A stretch of 64,000 nucleotides of DNA from Callorhinchus milii (taxonomy: Eukaryota): positions 1,798,001 to 1,862,000 of the forward strand of contig NW_024704769.1 of NCBI RefSeq assembly GCF_018977255.1. Reading direction: 5' to 3'. Numbering within the stretch: position 1 is the first letter of the stretch; each line of letters starts with the position of its first letter. The notes beneath the pieces were generated by a model. The model was not told where the DNA came from, searched no databases, and worked only from the letters and a program-made list of their open reading frames with translations. This document shows positions 14,385-40,602 of this stretch, one piece after another. The position numbers and the translations under genes are program-made.

Positions 14385-16111
14385 AGGGGGGGGCGGGATG
14401 GGGAGACACGGGTTCAGTCAGTCAGTGGCTTTGCCCCTCATTACCTCTGCGACCTGCTCACCCCATGTCAACCTCTCCGCTCCCTCCGCTCAGTGGGCTC
14501 CGGCCTGCTCCACGTCCCCAGCCCGGCCCACCCCCCATCCCCCCGCCCGCCCGCTATCAGCGGTCAGGCCTTCAACATCACCGGCCCCCACTTTTTGGAA
14601 CTCCATCCCACAGTCCCTCCACCTCGCCCCCTCCCTCGCCTCCTTCAAGGCCCGTCTCAAGACCCTCCTTTTCGACCAACCGCACCTTCGGTCACCCTCC
14701 TACCCCCCACCCGCCCGCCCGCCCGCCAGAGGAAACAGTTGCACCCTTATCTACTCTTATAGTTATAATAATAATAATCCTTGCATTTGATATAGCGCTT
14801 TTCACGTCTTCTCGACGTCTCAAAGCGCTTCACAGAATAGACTGTAAAGTGAATTGACCGTATATTTGTGGGCGAAACGCGGCAGCTAATTGCGCACAGC
14901 AATGTCCCACAAACAGTCGTGGATTGAAAATGACCAATTTATCATTGCTTTGTTTTGGAGGGATATTATTAGGCTCTGTGTGGAGTAAGGAAACTTGCCC
15001 AAGGTTTCTCCCTCTGCCTGGAATTGAACTCAGGTCTCTCACTTGCAAAGCGAGTGCTCTAACCACTGAGCTACAGGACTCGACTTATTTACTTGGATGA
15101 AGAAGATCTTGGCTTTGCCGGCCAAGCTGGGGCTGTTCTGGGCTGTGAACAGGGAGTAGATGTGGCGGAGTGGGACCGGCTGACTGTCTGCCCCATATAT
15201 CACACCGTCTTCTCCGTGGCTGGAAATAATGGAGATGAAACAGGCTCCGTGCTGCCTCTGGCTTTCTGTGGGAAAAGGGGAACCAGCTCATCGCGGGGCC
15301 AAACCCATTACCCCCCCAGCCCCCCCAACTCCAGCCCACCCGGCTCCAAACCCCCAGACCCCAGCCCCCAACCCACAGCCCTCACGCCCAGCTCCAAACC
15401 CCCAAACCCAAACCCAATCCCCCACTCCAGCTCTCAACACAGCCCCCAACCCCCAACCCTGGGGGCTTTGAGTTCAGTCTAGGCTGAAACACAGGTGCAT
15501 GAAACATTAGGACTATGAACTTAAAGAGAGGGAAGTTTCTCCCCGTGTTTAGGCAAACAAACTCCCCCAAATAAAACTGGTTATTCACCAAGTAGCTGTT
15601 TGGAGGACTTTGCAGTATGCAAATTGGCTGCCACGTTCACCTGCAATATACACAGTCGCCCTTCACAGCAATTCGCAGTGAAACACCTCGAGACGATTCA
15701 GCATTATTGTTAATAATAGTAATTAAAAGCCCGGTATCAATGTAATAATCCTTGCATTTGAATGCAGCGCCTTATCACCTCGTCGTTGAGACGTCTCAAA
15801 GCGCTTCACAGGATACACTGTGCAGTGAATTATGCTGTAGAGTGAACTGAATGTGCACTTGGTGGGCGAAACGAATCAAAGAGAGGACTACTCTTACCTC
15901 TCTTGTACTCCTGTAGGATCTCCCGGGCTGTGTAGTCGATCTTTAGCCTTACCTCAAAGCCCAGGTTGGACAGCACGTTGTGCAGACGTTTTGTGTCTAT
16001 CGCAGCAAAAGGTCTTCTGCGTAAGGGGAATTGACCGTGGAATTGTTGCACCGTGATGATCAGTACCCGGGGTTTCCGGGGACACCCTGAATCGGGCGAG
16101 ATTTCCGTCAT
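12578..16111 (-). CDS. CASP17: Caspase, short-prodomain effector-type, most similar to caspase-17 (257 aa)
   Basis: Exons (minus) 16111-15898, 15265-15093, 14335-14188, 13058-12904, 12661-12578 (TAG), all AG/GT and in phase. p20: MTEISPDSGCPRKPRVLIITVQQF...RRRPFAAIDTKRLHNVLSNLGFEV...CFISIISSHGEDGVIYGAD...PSLAGKAKIFFIQACRG. p10: IPEATAVHFSTTSDYSAFLTASGSFFFQSLC...ELLRIMTRVNFMVA...KKQMPCFVTKLTQEVFPF. In-frame TAG upstream of the ATG. Caspase family is certain; the casp17 name is from recalled similarity. Confidence 0.88.
13210..13590 (+). mobile_element. Unclassified interspersed repeat family copy (caspase intron)
   Basis: Matches 48480-48810 and the reverse complement of 8565-8850. Confidence 0.75.
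14765..15081 (-). mobile_element. tRNA-derived SINE, internally shortened young subfamily
   Basis: Head AGTCCTGTAGCTCAGTGGTTAGAGCACTCGCTTTGCAAG with A and B boxes, diagnostic CACACAGAGCCTAATAAT junction, (ATT)n tail. Confidence 0.85.
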
Positions 16112-19100
16112 GTTTTGCTCAGCGAAAGAATTCTCCAAATAACTAACAAGTGGCTACAAGCGTGGCAGCCGGAGCCTGACAGACACCGAATGAGCATTTG
16201 GTTAAGACTATGATCGGACACACCTCAAATGAGTCACGTTTCCAAACAGAAATCAATATTCCAGTAATCAAGGCTTGTGTCCCAACCTCCGGGAACCTCA
16301 CCCTTTCACCCTCCGTGGATTTTAAAAGAGCAATTTCTCCCGGGATGAGAGGAATAATAATATTCCTTTCACAGCCACTACGCCCCGAGGCTCTGGAACT
16401 CCCTTCCTCACTCCCTTCGTCTCGCTCCCTCCCTTCCCATTTTCAGGTCTCCGCTGAAGACCTTTCTTTACGACCGCACCTTTGGTCACCTTCCCCACCC
16501 CCTGGCTTCCCCCCTCCCCCTGGGCTCGGTCCCGGGATCCGTTACTGTAAAGCGCTCTGAGACGCCGTCCGGCGTGGAGGGCGCTACATAAATCCAAGTT
16601 GTTGTTGTTGAGTAACAAGCGGGGTTCCTATTTACTGCTGGTAAACAGAGGCGTGCGGAGTAAGTGATCCAACCGGTTTGCCTTCCACTATCCTGTCGCT
16701 ACATCCCAAACTATATCCTGAGATGTTATTTCCTACAAGAATATAGGAAGGTTTTGTGCTTCCAAACATGCCAGAGCTTCTTGGCTGGGTGTAGTTTGCC
16801 GGTTATTTCATACTCAACCACGAAGAGAGTTCAGAGTTTGAATAAACACACTGTGAACTCCAGAATAAGAGCTCCAGATTAATATATAATAATCCTTGCA
16901 GTCGAGATAGAGCCTGATCACGTCGTTGAGACGTCTCCAAGCGCTTCATGGGATACGCTGCAAAGTGTAGTGACTTGTGCGTTTTGTGGGCGAAACAACG
17001 ATGTCCCACAGACAGTCGTAGATTGAGTGATTTTCAGACGGACGCCTTTCATGTCCTCCTGACGGGAAAGGCGCTGCGCAAAAGTAATTGGTTGTTCTCG
17101 TAATTACGTGTTTTAGGGGATTATTACCCCCGTAAAAGCGATCCGCCAATCAACTAACAACCGGGTTCTTGCTTACCGCTGGCTGGTAAACGGGAGCGGG
17201 TGTGGAGTAAGGAAACTTACCCGAGGATTGTATATTTTAAGACAGAAACGGGAACAAGACACGGAACACAAAGTGCCGTGCTGGACACTGGCTCTGTTTA
17301 ACAAGCGGCTTCGAAAGCTTTCCATTGCTTCCCACTACATTGCTGTCTGTGTTCGATCAGATAACATGAATTAAGCAATTACATTACAAGCGAGTAAACA
17401 GTCAGTGTGACCTGCGCTGCGGGGCATAGATTAACGTCACATCGTAAAGCAAAGGATGTGGCCCGAGACAGGCTCTTTAAAGTCACCTCTTGCGGTTAAT
17501 ACTATTACTAATCCTTGTGTTTGATACGGGCGCCTTATCACGTAGTTGAGATGTCTCAAAGCGCTTCGCAGAATATACTGTGAAGTGCAGTGGCTGTGTA
17601 TTTTGTGGGCAGTGTCACCCACAACCAGTCGTGGATTGATTGACAAAAGTTATTTCTTTTTCGAAGGGATTATTACCCCCGGAAAAGCGATCCGCCAATC
17701 GACTAACACCCGGGTTCCTACTTACTGCTGGTAAACAGAGGCGCGTGTGCGTGTGTGTGGAGTAAGGAAACTTGCCAAAGATTTCGCCCTGCCCGCCTGC
17801 CCGGGAATCAAACCGAGGATTTCCCTCAGGGAAGCTTTGCTGAGGTCCCTGGGTTTGGAGAGTTGTTGGGTACATATATATTGGTTAACAGAGAGGGAAG
17901 GAAGAGCAATGTTAAGGATTTTTGGAGTCCTCGCCTCGCAATCGAGAGGACCTGGGTTCGATTCCCTGATGGGGCGAAACTTTGAGCAAGTTTCCTCACT
18001 CCACACACACTCCTGTTTCCCAGCGGTAAGTGGGAACCCGGTTCTTAGTCGATTGGCGGATCGCTTTTCCGGGGGCTAATAATCCCTCCCACCCAAAAAA
18101 ATAAATAAAAACGTGGTCACTCGATCTACCACTGTTTGTGGGACACTGCTGTGCGCAATTGGCTGCCCTGAGGGTGAGAAGCACATAATGCTCATAGTCT
18201 GAAGGACAGAGATTCAGTTTCGTAAAGCTCACAAGTCAAGGCTACAATAATTCAGAACCATCCATCAAGCCATCTGTGGTGGTAGTGTAGATCAGTGGGA
18301 GCTCCGTGGATCTTACAATCCTCTGAGTTTTATAATAATAATAATAATAATCCTTGCATTTGATATAGAGACCAAATAATTATTTCAAAAACATTACTTG
18401 AAGGGACTATTGCCCCCGGAAAGCGATCTGCCAATCAACTAACAACCGGGTTCCTACTGACTGCTGGTAAACAGAGGCGCGTGTGTGTGTGTGTGTGTGC
18501 GTGTGTGTGTGTGAGTAAGGAAACTTGCCTAAGGTTTCGCCCTCCCTGGGAATCGAACCCAGGTCCTCTCGCTTGCGAGGGCTCTAACCGATGAGCTACG
18601 GGACTCCACAACCCTAACCGGATGCCACTTGCTCACTCAGCAACGAGAGCAAGTCCTTGCTCTCCTCTTGAAGTAAATGTTCCGGTCGTGCGAGGAATTC
18701 TTGGTGATGTTTGGGCCATTGCGCAATTCTGCTGAAACCTAAGAGATCTTTATCCCCAAAACGTCTTAATCCGAAGGCCAGAGAGACAATTAATTATGTT
18801 TGGTCTGAACATCTGGCTCTACGCTTGACAAGGACATTCCAAATGCAGGCGCCATGTGGGATGGTGAAACTTATGAGTTCATAATGTCATAACTGACATT
18901 ATGAGCTGAGAATTATGCAAGACTTTGGTGGGACTTGGACACGAGTGAGACTTGCCCCTTCACAGACGTTTGCAATGGGATTTTTGCAACCTGTTTGCGG
19001 AAGCCTTACACCCCTGTGGCTCAGTGGTTCGATCACTCGCCTCGCGAGCGAGAGGACCCGGGCTCAATTCCCGGGCGGGTCAGGTCAGGGCGAAACTTCA

Positions 19101-19132
19101 GGAAAGTTTCCTTACTCCCCACACGCAGACAG

Positions 19133-19164
<32 letters not shown>

Positions 19165-19543
19165 GCGCCTCTGTTTGCTCAGCAGTAAGTAGGAATGTTA
19201 GTCGATCGGTGGATCGCTTTTCTGGGGCATTAATCCCACCAAAATAAATGAGTAAATAATTTGTTCGCTGTTTGTGGGGACGCTGCTGTGCGCAATCGGC
19301 TTCCGAGTTTCGCTCACAAAGTGCACAGTCACTTGATTTTACAGCGTATCCTGCGAAGCGCTTTGAGGCTGTGCAGCCATCTCAAAAAAAAGCAAGGACT
19401 ACGATTACCATTACTAAATTCTGGTTGCTCTGAAACACTAATCGAGTCAATCTAGACACACGTGGAATTTCACCACAACAGCCGTCAAGACAAATTATTG
19501 ACCGTTCCCGAAATTCAGGGCTAACTGTCAACGAGATTTGTAT

Positions 19544-19630
19544 TGACCTTCTCTCTGTCCCTTCACTCCAACCTCCATCCATAAATTACGAGTTCCCTTA
19601 TCCACGTCCTTGAGAGAAGGTGTATATAGA
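19544..19630 (+). promoter_or_regulatory. STAR proximal promoter (NR5A/SF-1-like sites, GATA, TATA-like)
   Basis: TGACCTT at 19544-19550, CTTATC (GATA) at 19597-19602, GTCCTTGA (TCAAGGAC on minus) at 19606-19613, TATATA at 19623-19628, about 50 bp upstream of the ATG. Confidence 0.65.
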
Positions 19631-19678
19631 GACCGAGCAGAGACCGAGTAGACACAGAACCACGAGGAGACACTAAAG

Positions 19679-22600
19679 ATGATCCCAGCCACTTTCAAAC
19701 TCTGTGCAGCCATCTCCTACCAACACTGCCGGACTTTGTCAGGTAACTAACACCGTGTCTAAACCTACTCAGTGGGTTGTTGTCCAGCCTCAAGGTTTTA
19801 AAGTAGACGTGGAGTTCCCTATAGCTCGCATTGGTCATTCCACCCACGGCTGTTTGTGGAGAACGCTGCTGTGCGCAATCGGCTGCCGCGTCTCGCCCAC
19901 GAAATACACAGTCGCTACGCTTCACAGTCTGTCCTGCGAAGCGCTTTGAGACGTCTCAAACACGCGATGAATCGCCTTATCGTCTTCGCCTCGGCCCCTT
20001 CGAGGTCCGTCTCAAAGCCCTCCTCTTCGACCGCGCCTTCAGCCACCCTCCTAACCCCACCCGCAGCCCCCCCACCCTCCCCCGCCCTCCACCCTCTCCT
20101 GATCCCAACCCCCAGCTCGGGTCCAAATCCCTGACTGTCCAGTCCAGCGCCTCCCGACATGAAAGCCGCTGTTGTGTTCATGTCATTTTCGTCGTCGTAC
20201 CAAATGCAAAGGATTATTATTAATATTAATTATGGTACAGCACTGCCAGCTGTTTGAAGGCACGTCTCCCTCTCTCTCCCTCTCTCTAACGTGTCTCGTT
20301 GTCGTTGAAGGGGTGAGACACACAGCTGTCGCCGCTCTCGGCCATGAGCTGAACCTTCTGAGACTCCAGAGCCAGGGACCCAGCGGGTGGGTGAATCGGG
20401 TTCGCCGGAGGAGCTCCATGCTCAGTGAGTATCGCTCAACTCTCGCATACATTGAACGAAATAGAACATTCGGAGTTCCCTGCGGCTCAGGGGTTAGAGC
20501 CCTCTCGCCTCGCGAGCGAGAGAGGACCCGGGTTCGATTCCCGGGCGGGTCAGGTCAGGGCGAAATGTTGTCCAAGTTTCCTTACTCCACACACCTGTTT
20601 ACCGAGTGGTACGTAGGAACTCGGATGTGAGTCGATTGACGGATCGCTTTCTGGGGGTAATAATCCCGTCCATAAATAAATAATAATTCGGTCACTCAAT
20701 CCACGACTGTTTGTGGGGGACGCTGCTGTGCGCAATTGGCTGCCGCGTTTCGCCCACAAAATATACAGTCACTGCACTTTACAGTCTATTCTGTGAAGCG
20801 CTTTGAGACGTCTCGAAGACGTGATATCAAATGCAAAGATTATTATTATTATTATTATTACGATTGATTCTTCTGCTTTCTCTGGAATTCTCTGGGATTT
20901 CCCCGTGTAGGGGAGAGGCATGGAACGCTCAGTTGGGTTTGGAGACCCTTAAGCAACGCTGATGGGTTTCCGGCCGGGGGGGGGAAAAAAATACCTTGTG
21001 CCAACAATTCCGAGTCTTTCTTCCTTCCTTCCTCCCTTCCTCCGCAGGCAGCAGGCTCGAAGAGAAACTGTTCAGCGATGCTGAGATGGCTTACGTTAAA
21101 CAGGGAGAAGATGCTTTGCAAAAGTCCCTCTGCATTTTACAGGATACCAATGGCTGGAAGTCTGAGATTGAATCCGTGAGTACATGGCCTCAACGCTTAA
21201 GGGGAAGAATAAAGGAGACACAGTCGATCAATTCTAATATATTTGGTCACACTTTTTTGATCGTAAGTCCTGTAGATCAATGGTTAGAGCTGGGATTTCG
21301 ACCCGAGCTCGGGGTTGGGATCAGGAGGGCTGGAGGGCAGCGAGGGTGGGGGTAGGAGGATGACCGAAGGCTCGATCGAAGAGGAGGGTCTTGAGATTGC
21401 TGGGAGGGGGCGAGCTGGACGGACTGTGGGATGGAGTTCCAGAGGGTGGGGGCAGAGAGGCTGAAGGTCTAACCGCCGATGGTGGGGTGGGCAAGGCCGG
21501 GCGGGGGGGGGGGGGGACATGGAGCAGGCCGGAGCCCACTGAGCGGAGGGAGTGGACAGGTCAACATGGAGTTAGCAGGTCACAGAGGTAGGGAGGAGCA
21601 AGGCCATGGAGGGCTTTGTCAGCGAGGAGGAGGCTTTCGAACTCAATCCTCCGAGGGATGGGGTGGGGGGTGGAAGCCAGTGAAGCCAAGGAAACAAGAA
21701 AGTGACTTACATTCTCTCTAAATTTCACAGGCAAATGGTGATAAAGTGGCCAGTAAAATCCTTCCCGACCTGGGGAAAGTATTTAAGCTTGAGATTGTGT
21801 TGGATAATTCGTCGGACCTGCTGTACAGAGAGCTCTTCGACAAGATAGAACAAATGGGAGAGTGGAACCCGAATGTCAAGCAAGTCAAGGTAGGAGTGCT
21901 GCAGACCAGTGGTTAGAGCACTCGCCTCGTAAGCGAGAGAACACGGGTTTGATTCCCGGCAGGGTGAAACCTCAGGCGAGTTTCCGTACTCCGCACACAC
22001 ACACGCGCCTCTGTTATTCGATTAGCGGATCATTTTCCGGGGGTAATAATCCCCCCCAAAATATTAATTTTGCCTCTCAACCCACGGCTGTTTGAGGGGG
22101 ACGTCGCTGTGCGCAATCGGCTGCCGCGTTTCGCCCACAAAACACGCAGCCGATTCCCTCGACAGCGTATCTATCCTGTGAAGCGCTTTGAGACGTCTCG
22201 AAGACGCGATAAGGCGCTGGGTCGAATGCAAGCGTGGCGACCGTTTATTTTGTGGGCGAAATCAGGGTCGGTTGGTGGCTCCTGACCCACTATCGTTCAC
22301 GTGTGAATAGTGGTGACTATTATTGCTGGTGAAGGGTCTCGAGGTGTTTGATTTTGCTGTGAATGTTTCAGATACTGAAACGCATTGGCAACGAAACACT
22401 GGTGACTCACGAGATAGCGGCCGAGACTCCAGGCCACCTGGTGGGGCCACGGGACTTTGTGAGCGTGAGGTACTCCAAAAGGCGAGGCTCCACCTGCTTT
22501 CTGGCCGGGATGTCCACACACTGCGACATGATGCCCGAACAGAGAGGCGTTATCAGGTACAAAGCCTTCGTTTGGTACGTTCACGTATAGCTCAGCGGTT

Positions 22601-23635
22601 ACAGCAAGCGGGAGGACCCGGGTTCGATTCCCGGGCAGGTCGAAAAAATCAGGTAAGTTTCCTCACTCCACCCACACACACACGCGTGCGCACACACACA
22701 CACACACACACAGTAAGTAGGAACCCAAGTTGTTAGTCGATTGGCGGATCGCTTTCCGGGGAGTAATAAAAAAGAAAAAAAATAATTTGGTCGCTCAATC
22801 CACGGCTGTTTGTGGGGGACGCTGCTGTGCTGCCCTGCTTAATGGGGGGGGAGAGGGGGTGGGGGTGTATAAGTGCAAGTTGTTGTTGTTGTTTAGTCTC
22901 CAAGTGACAGGTGTACGTTGCCTCCCACCAGGGCAGAGAATGGACCCACTTGTATCGTCCTTCGTCCATCGGCAGATGATCCAAACAAGACCAAATTCAC
23001 TTGGCTGTTGAGCATTGACCTAAAGGTGAGTCATCTGCTGGTGCAACTAACACCCTAACCCCTCCCCGGTGTTCATATGGACTCCATATCATTGGGCTCC
23101 AGCCTGGACCCAACCCGGGCCTTCAGCCTCTCTGCCCCCACCCTTTGGAACTCCAGCCCACAGTCCCTCCACCCCGCACCCCCCCTCGCCTCCTTAAAGA
23201 CATGTCTCAAGACCCTCCTCTTCAACCATGACTTCGGTCACCCTCCTACCCCCAGCCTCACCGCCCTCCATCCCCTCCTGTTCCCAACCGCCAGCTCGGG
23301 GCCAAACCCCTGACCGTCCAGCGCCTTGGGACGTCCTCCTGACTTGCCTTTTCGCCCACAAAATACACGGTCGCTTCCGCTTGGCGGTAAAATCCTGCGA
23401 AGCTCTTTTGAGACGTCTCGAGCGCAAGGAATAGTGTTGTTACAATGACGATGTTGCTGCTGATCGAGTTGCTAATTGAAAAAGCGAAACTGTACCAATC
23501 ATTGTGAATTATGTTTGCACACAGGGTTGGCTGCCAAAGTCTCTCATCAACCAGGTTCTCTCTCAGACACAAGCGGACTTTGCTGAGCACTTGCGTCACC
23601 GAGTCCAGTCCTACAGCCCGGTCCTCAGCTGCTGA
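19679..23635 (+). CDS. STAR: Steroidogenic acute regulatory protein (StAR/STARD1), 284 aa, 7 exons
   Basis: Exons 19679-19742, 20311-20424, 21048-21175, 21731-21889, 22372-22556, 22932-23025, 23525-23635 (TGA). [16 protein letters not shown] mitochondrial presequence, RRRSS motif, START domain ([64 protein letters not shown]). Confidence 0.97.
20470..20860 (+). mobile_element. Full-length tRNA-derived SINE of the dominant family (representative; other near-full copies at about 4480-4830 -, 21900-22230 +, 31945-32385 -, 34280-34640 -, 35625-36015 -, 38330-38770 -, 47492-47850 +, 49229-49625 +)
   Basis: Head GCTCAGGGGTTAGAGC...GGTTCGATTCC (Pol III A/B boxes), body GGAACCCGGTTGTTAGTCGATTGGCGGATCGC, tail TGTGAAGCGCTTTGAGACGTCTCG...ATCAAATGCAAGG(ATT)n; dozens of fragments across the window. 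Confidence 0.9.
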
Positions 23636-26359
23636 AAGCATTGGCGTCTGACTTAAACCCTCCACCCACTCAAACCCCCTTTTTATACAATCTTATTTAT
23701 TTTAATTCACCCTCTCGTGCGGCGTGAAAAGGCCACTCTGCAAACGCAAGTTGTTGCGGCGTGTTCTGTGAGACGTCTCGATGACGTAATAAGGCGCTAT
23801 ATCGAATGCAAGGCTATTAATATTATTATTATTATTATATTATGCCTAGAATGCCAACACTCCATCAGCTCTGCTGTGCGCAATCGGCTGCCGCGTTTCG
23901 CCCACAAAACACACAGTCAGTTCACTTTCCAGTGTATCCTGTGAAGCGCTTTGAGACGTCTCGAAAATGTGATAAGGCGCCGGGTCAAAGGCAAGGATTA
24001 TTATTGTTGTTATCTCCCTGACGATATACACCCACAGGTCCATGTCTTCCCTGGTGACGGCCACACCAAGGTGAAGCGTAACAAATACGAGAAAAGCAAA
24101 AGATCCCGCGACCCATTCAGGGAAAAAAATATGATTACCTGGGGAAAATGCCAACCCGATTCCTGGAGGGAGTCAGCGAGCTGCGAGATGGAGGATGGAG
24201 ACGTCAGGAGCAATGCTCAAAAGACGTCCAAACCCTCTCTCCCCGCAATAGACATCTCACGGCAGATCAGGCTCTCCTGTCGGTCGGTCGTCCTGGATCC
24301 TTTTTAACCTTAAGAAAAATCTGTCTCGATTTCGCTCGATCGATGCTCTCGATCAGACACTGCAACAGAAGTTTTGCAAAGAATCAAAACATTGAAGGAG
24401 CCTTTCACGTCGGGAGGACGTCCCAAGGCGCCGGACAGTCAGGGATTTGGATCCGAGCTGGGGGTTGGGATCAGGGAGAGGGCGGAGGGAGGGGAGGGTG
24501 GGGGTAGGAGGGTGACCGAAGCCAAGAGGAGGGTCTCGAGATGGGCCTTGAAGGAGGCGAGGGAGGGGGAGAGGCGGAGTGAGTGTGGGGAGTTGTAAAG
24601 GGTGGGGGCAGAGAGGCTGATGGTGGTGCGAGTCGGGCAGAGGACGTGAAGCAAACGTCAAACCACAATCGATGCTTTAATTTACTATAAACTAGTTTCT
24701 GTCCTGGTTACAAAACCGTAACCTCGGTCCATACTAATCTCCGAGCCTCATCTTTACACCCAAAATATCCGGCCGTGTTGTGCGGAATTAATATTGAACC
24801 CGTAGTCTGCGCGTCCCAGCGACTTAGCTATTTATTTATTGACTGAATGTATTTTCCGTTAAGTTGTGTATTTCGTCACGGCATTGTTTTATTTATTACT
24901 ATTTATTACAATCAGTTTTAAGTCTGGAATTCCTGAAATCGTTTCTCTAACACATTTTCCCAAGCTGAACCTGGGCTGATCCGACTGCACAGCTCGAGGT
25001 AGAATATCAAATATCACTGGTTAATTAAATGGTCTCTCAGCCACGCACGTCTCTCTCGATAGTGCAATTTACTTCAACCAATATATTTCATCTAAGCAAA
25101 ACCACCCGCGTTTCTGAAGGTCTCGCGGTTTGGAATCGTACGGCACCACATTATTCTTACAATAAAAGGTTCAGACACAAACGTGGGTCGAGTTATTTCT
25201 TTGGAGGCAAAGCGCCTCCAACCTTAGGCAAGTTTCCTTCCGCCACACACACACGCACACGCACACACTCACGCCTCTGTTTACCAGCAGTACTTAGGAA
25301 CCCGGTTGTTAGTCGATTGGCGGATCGCTTTTTCTGGGGGTAATAATCCCTTCAAAAAAAATAATTTGGTCATTCAATCCACGACTGTTTGTGGGGACGT
25401 CGCTATGCGCAATTGGCTGCCGCGTTTCGCCCGGAAAATAGTCAATTCACTTTACAGTGTATCCCTTGAAGCACTTTGAGACGTCTCAAAGGATGATTAA
25501 TATTATTATTATTATTATTGAACCCTCAAGAGTTCCTCTCAGAGTGAGTCCTGGCCAACAATCCCCTGGATTAATGAACTGATCACATCACGTGGTTGTG
25601 GGTCAATGTGTACGAATCGGTTCCTGCATTTTCCTTAAACAAATCATGACATCCGACAGCAAATTAGCCGTGAAGCACTTTGAGCTGATTCAATACCTGC
25701 CGCACGGGAAAGCAAGACTGCAGGAGGGTCGGCAGGAGGTGTATAGTGTGCAACATGGCAAGCGACTGCCAGGATGGTGGAAGGCAAACTAGATAAGACC
25801 TTGGTCTTCTTTTGACGAGCTTATGGTTGGAACTCCAAACAAGTCCAGCCCTTGTTGGCTCCCTTAAACGAGGCACCTTTTTATTAGTCACAAGAAAACC
25901 CACACATACGTCAATGATCAACAGCAACTTGCATTTACACAGGGACCCCTCGCGCAGGGTAGCGACCCAGAGCGCTCGACAGTGAGAGGGAGAGGTGACC
26001 ATAGGCACGGTCAAAAAGGAAGGTCTTTTAGGTGCGATCTGAAGATGGGGAAGGAAGGGGAGAAGGCGGGGGGATACAGGGAGAGTTCCAGAGGTTTTTT
26101 TGGGGGGGTTTTAGGGGTCGTGGCCAAAGGTAGTGGAGCGGGGTAGGGGGCACAAGGAACAAGCAGGAGTTAAGGAGATAGAGCCAGCGGGAAGTGGATG
26201 GGGGGGGAATGAAGTGGATCAGAGAGGTAGGGAGGTGCCAGAGGTTGAAGGGCTCGTCTTATACACACGCGCGCACACAGGTGTAAAGCTTGTTCAAGCC
26301 CACACTTGATTTACGCAGATAGAAAACTCAAAAGACGTACACAAAAAAGAAATCCAGCT

Positions 26360-26365
26360 TTTATT
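26360..26365 (-). terminator. Candidate ASH2L poly(A) signal
   Basis: AATAAA on the minus strand about 770 nt after the ASH2L stop, followed by a U/GU-rich tract. Confidence 0.55.
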
Positions 26366-27134
26366 ACAGAATAACCACATCCAAATGCAAGCCTTCAGTC
26401 AGTCATGGCTGCCTTTCCACACGGGAGTCTGAGACAGACAGACAGACCTGCAGCGACATCCATGTTTCTGGGCACTTCACTGGGGGTGCAGTGCCAGGGT
26501 TGGGTTGGGGGTGGGGGAGCGAGGGGGGTTTAGCCTCACTCCTTGGCCTCCGAATCCCACCGCATCAGGGATCAGAATTCCCCCCACACGCACTCCCGGG
26601 TTGGGGTATTTGGTTGGAATTCTGTCGCCCGGATGTGTCTTGGCCAGCGGTGGATGAGATGGTAACTGGCTTGGCAGAGGTGGGGTGGGCCAATATGCAG
26701 TCAAGGCACTAAGGCCCTTTCCTTCAGCAAGCACATCCCACCAGCCCAGGCACCGAGGAATCCACTTCGTCAGAAGCACACGACACGTACAGCTAAATAT
26801 CTAGCTCGTCGCAAGGAACACCGGGCACAGGAGCACTTGGGCTGAAGAAATGGTCGTCCTGATCTCACCCACTGAACTTATACGTGATACAACTTAAATC
26901 CTGCTTGAGATACGGACAGTGCGTTCAGTGGCGTCAGTAGGTGCAGTGCTGGTACCATTGGGGTTCACCCCCTGCACCGAGTAAACAGAAACTGTTCCGA
27001 GACTACATAATTACTGGGTTTATGAGTCTAAGAGATGTGCAATGGGCTCTGTGCTTCCATTGCATTGATGTCCATACTTGCGCTACGTTTTGAGACGGAC
27101 GTCCCAGAGATTGTTTGTACAGGACGGAAGAGCA

Positions 27135-40113
<12,979 letters not shown>

Positions 40114-40275
40114 TTTCCTGACTCTTCCCGCGCTGGACTCCTTAAAGGCGCACAACCGCCAGCCCGCGCCCTTAAAGGCAAAGGCTCCCAAACCCAGCCG
40201 GTCGGCGAACAATAAATTCATACCCAACATTAGCCACAGTGGGGGGGTGGGGAGGAGGGGGAGGAGGTGATAGGT

Positions 40276-40602
40276 TAATAATAATAATAATAATCCTCGC
40301 ATTTGATATAGTGCTTTTCACGTCGGGAGGACGTCCCAAAGCGCTTCACAGAACACACTGTAAAGTGAAGTGACTGTATATTTGTGGGCGAACGCGGCGG
40401 CCAATTGCGCACAGCAATGTCCCACAAACAGTCGTGGATTGAAAATGACCAATTTATTATTGTTTTTGGTTTTTTGGAGGGAATATTATTAGGCTCTGTG
40501 TGGAGTAAGGAAACTTGCCCGAGGTTTCGCCCTCTGCCTGGGATTGAACTCAGGTCTCTCACTTGCAAAGCGAGTGCTCTAACCACTGAGCTACAGGACT
40601 CC
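40276..40602 (-). mobile_element. tRNA-derived SINE, young shortened subfamily, just upstream of the ASH2L start
   Basis: Near-identical to 14765-15081, 54386-54710 and 59793-60120. Confidence 0.85.

Noticed and set aside
16112-16138. Caspase N-terminal extension MENSFAEQN given in the ORF track
   Set aside because: It starts at TTG; the first ATG after the in-frame stop is at 16111.
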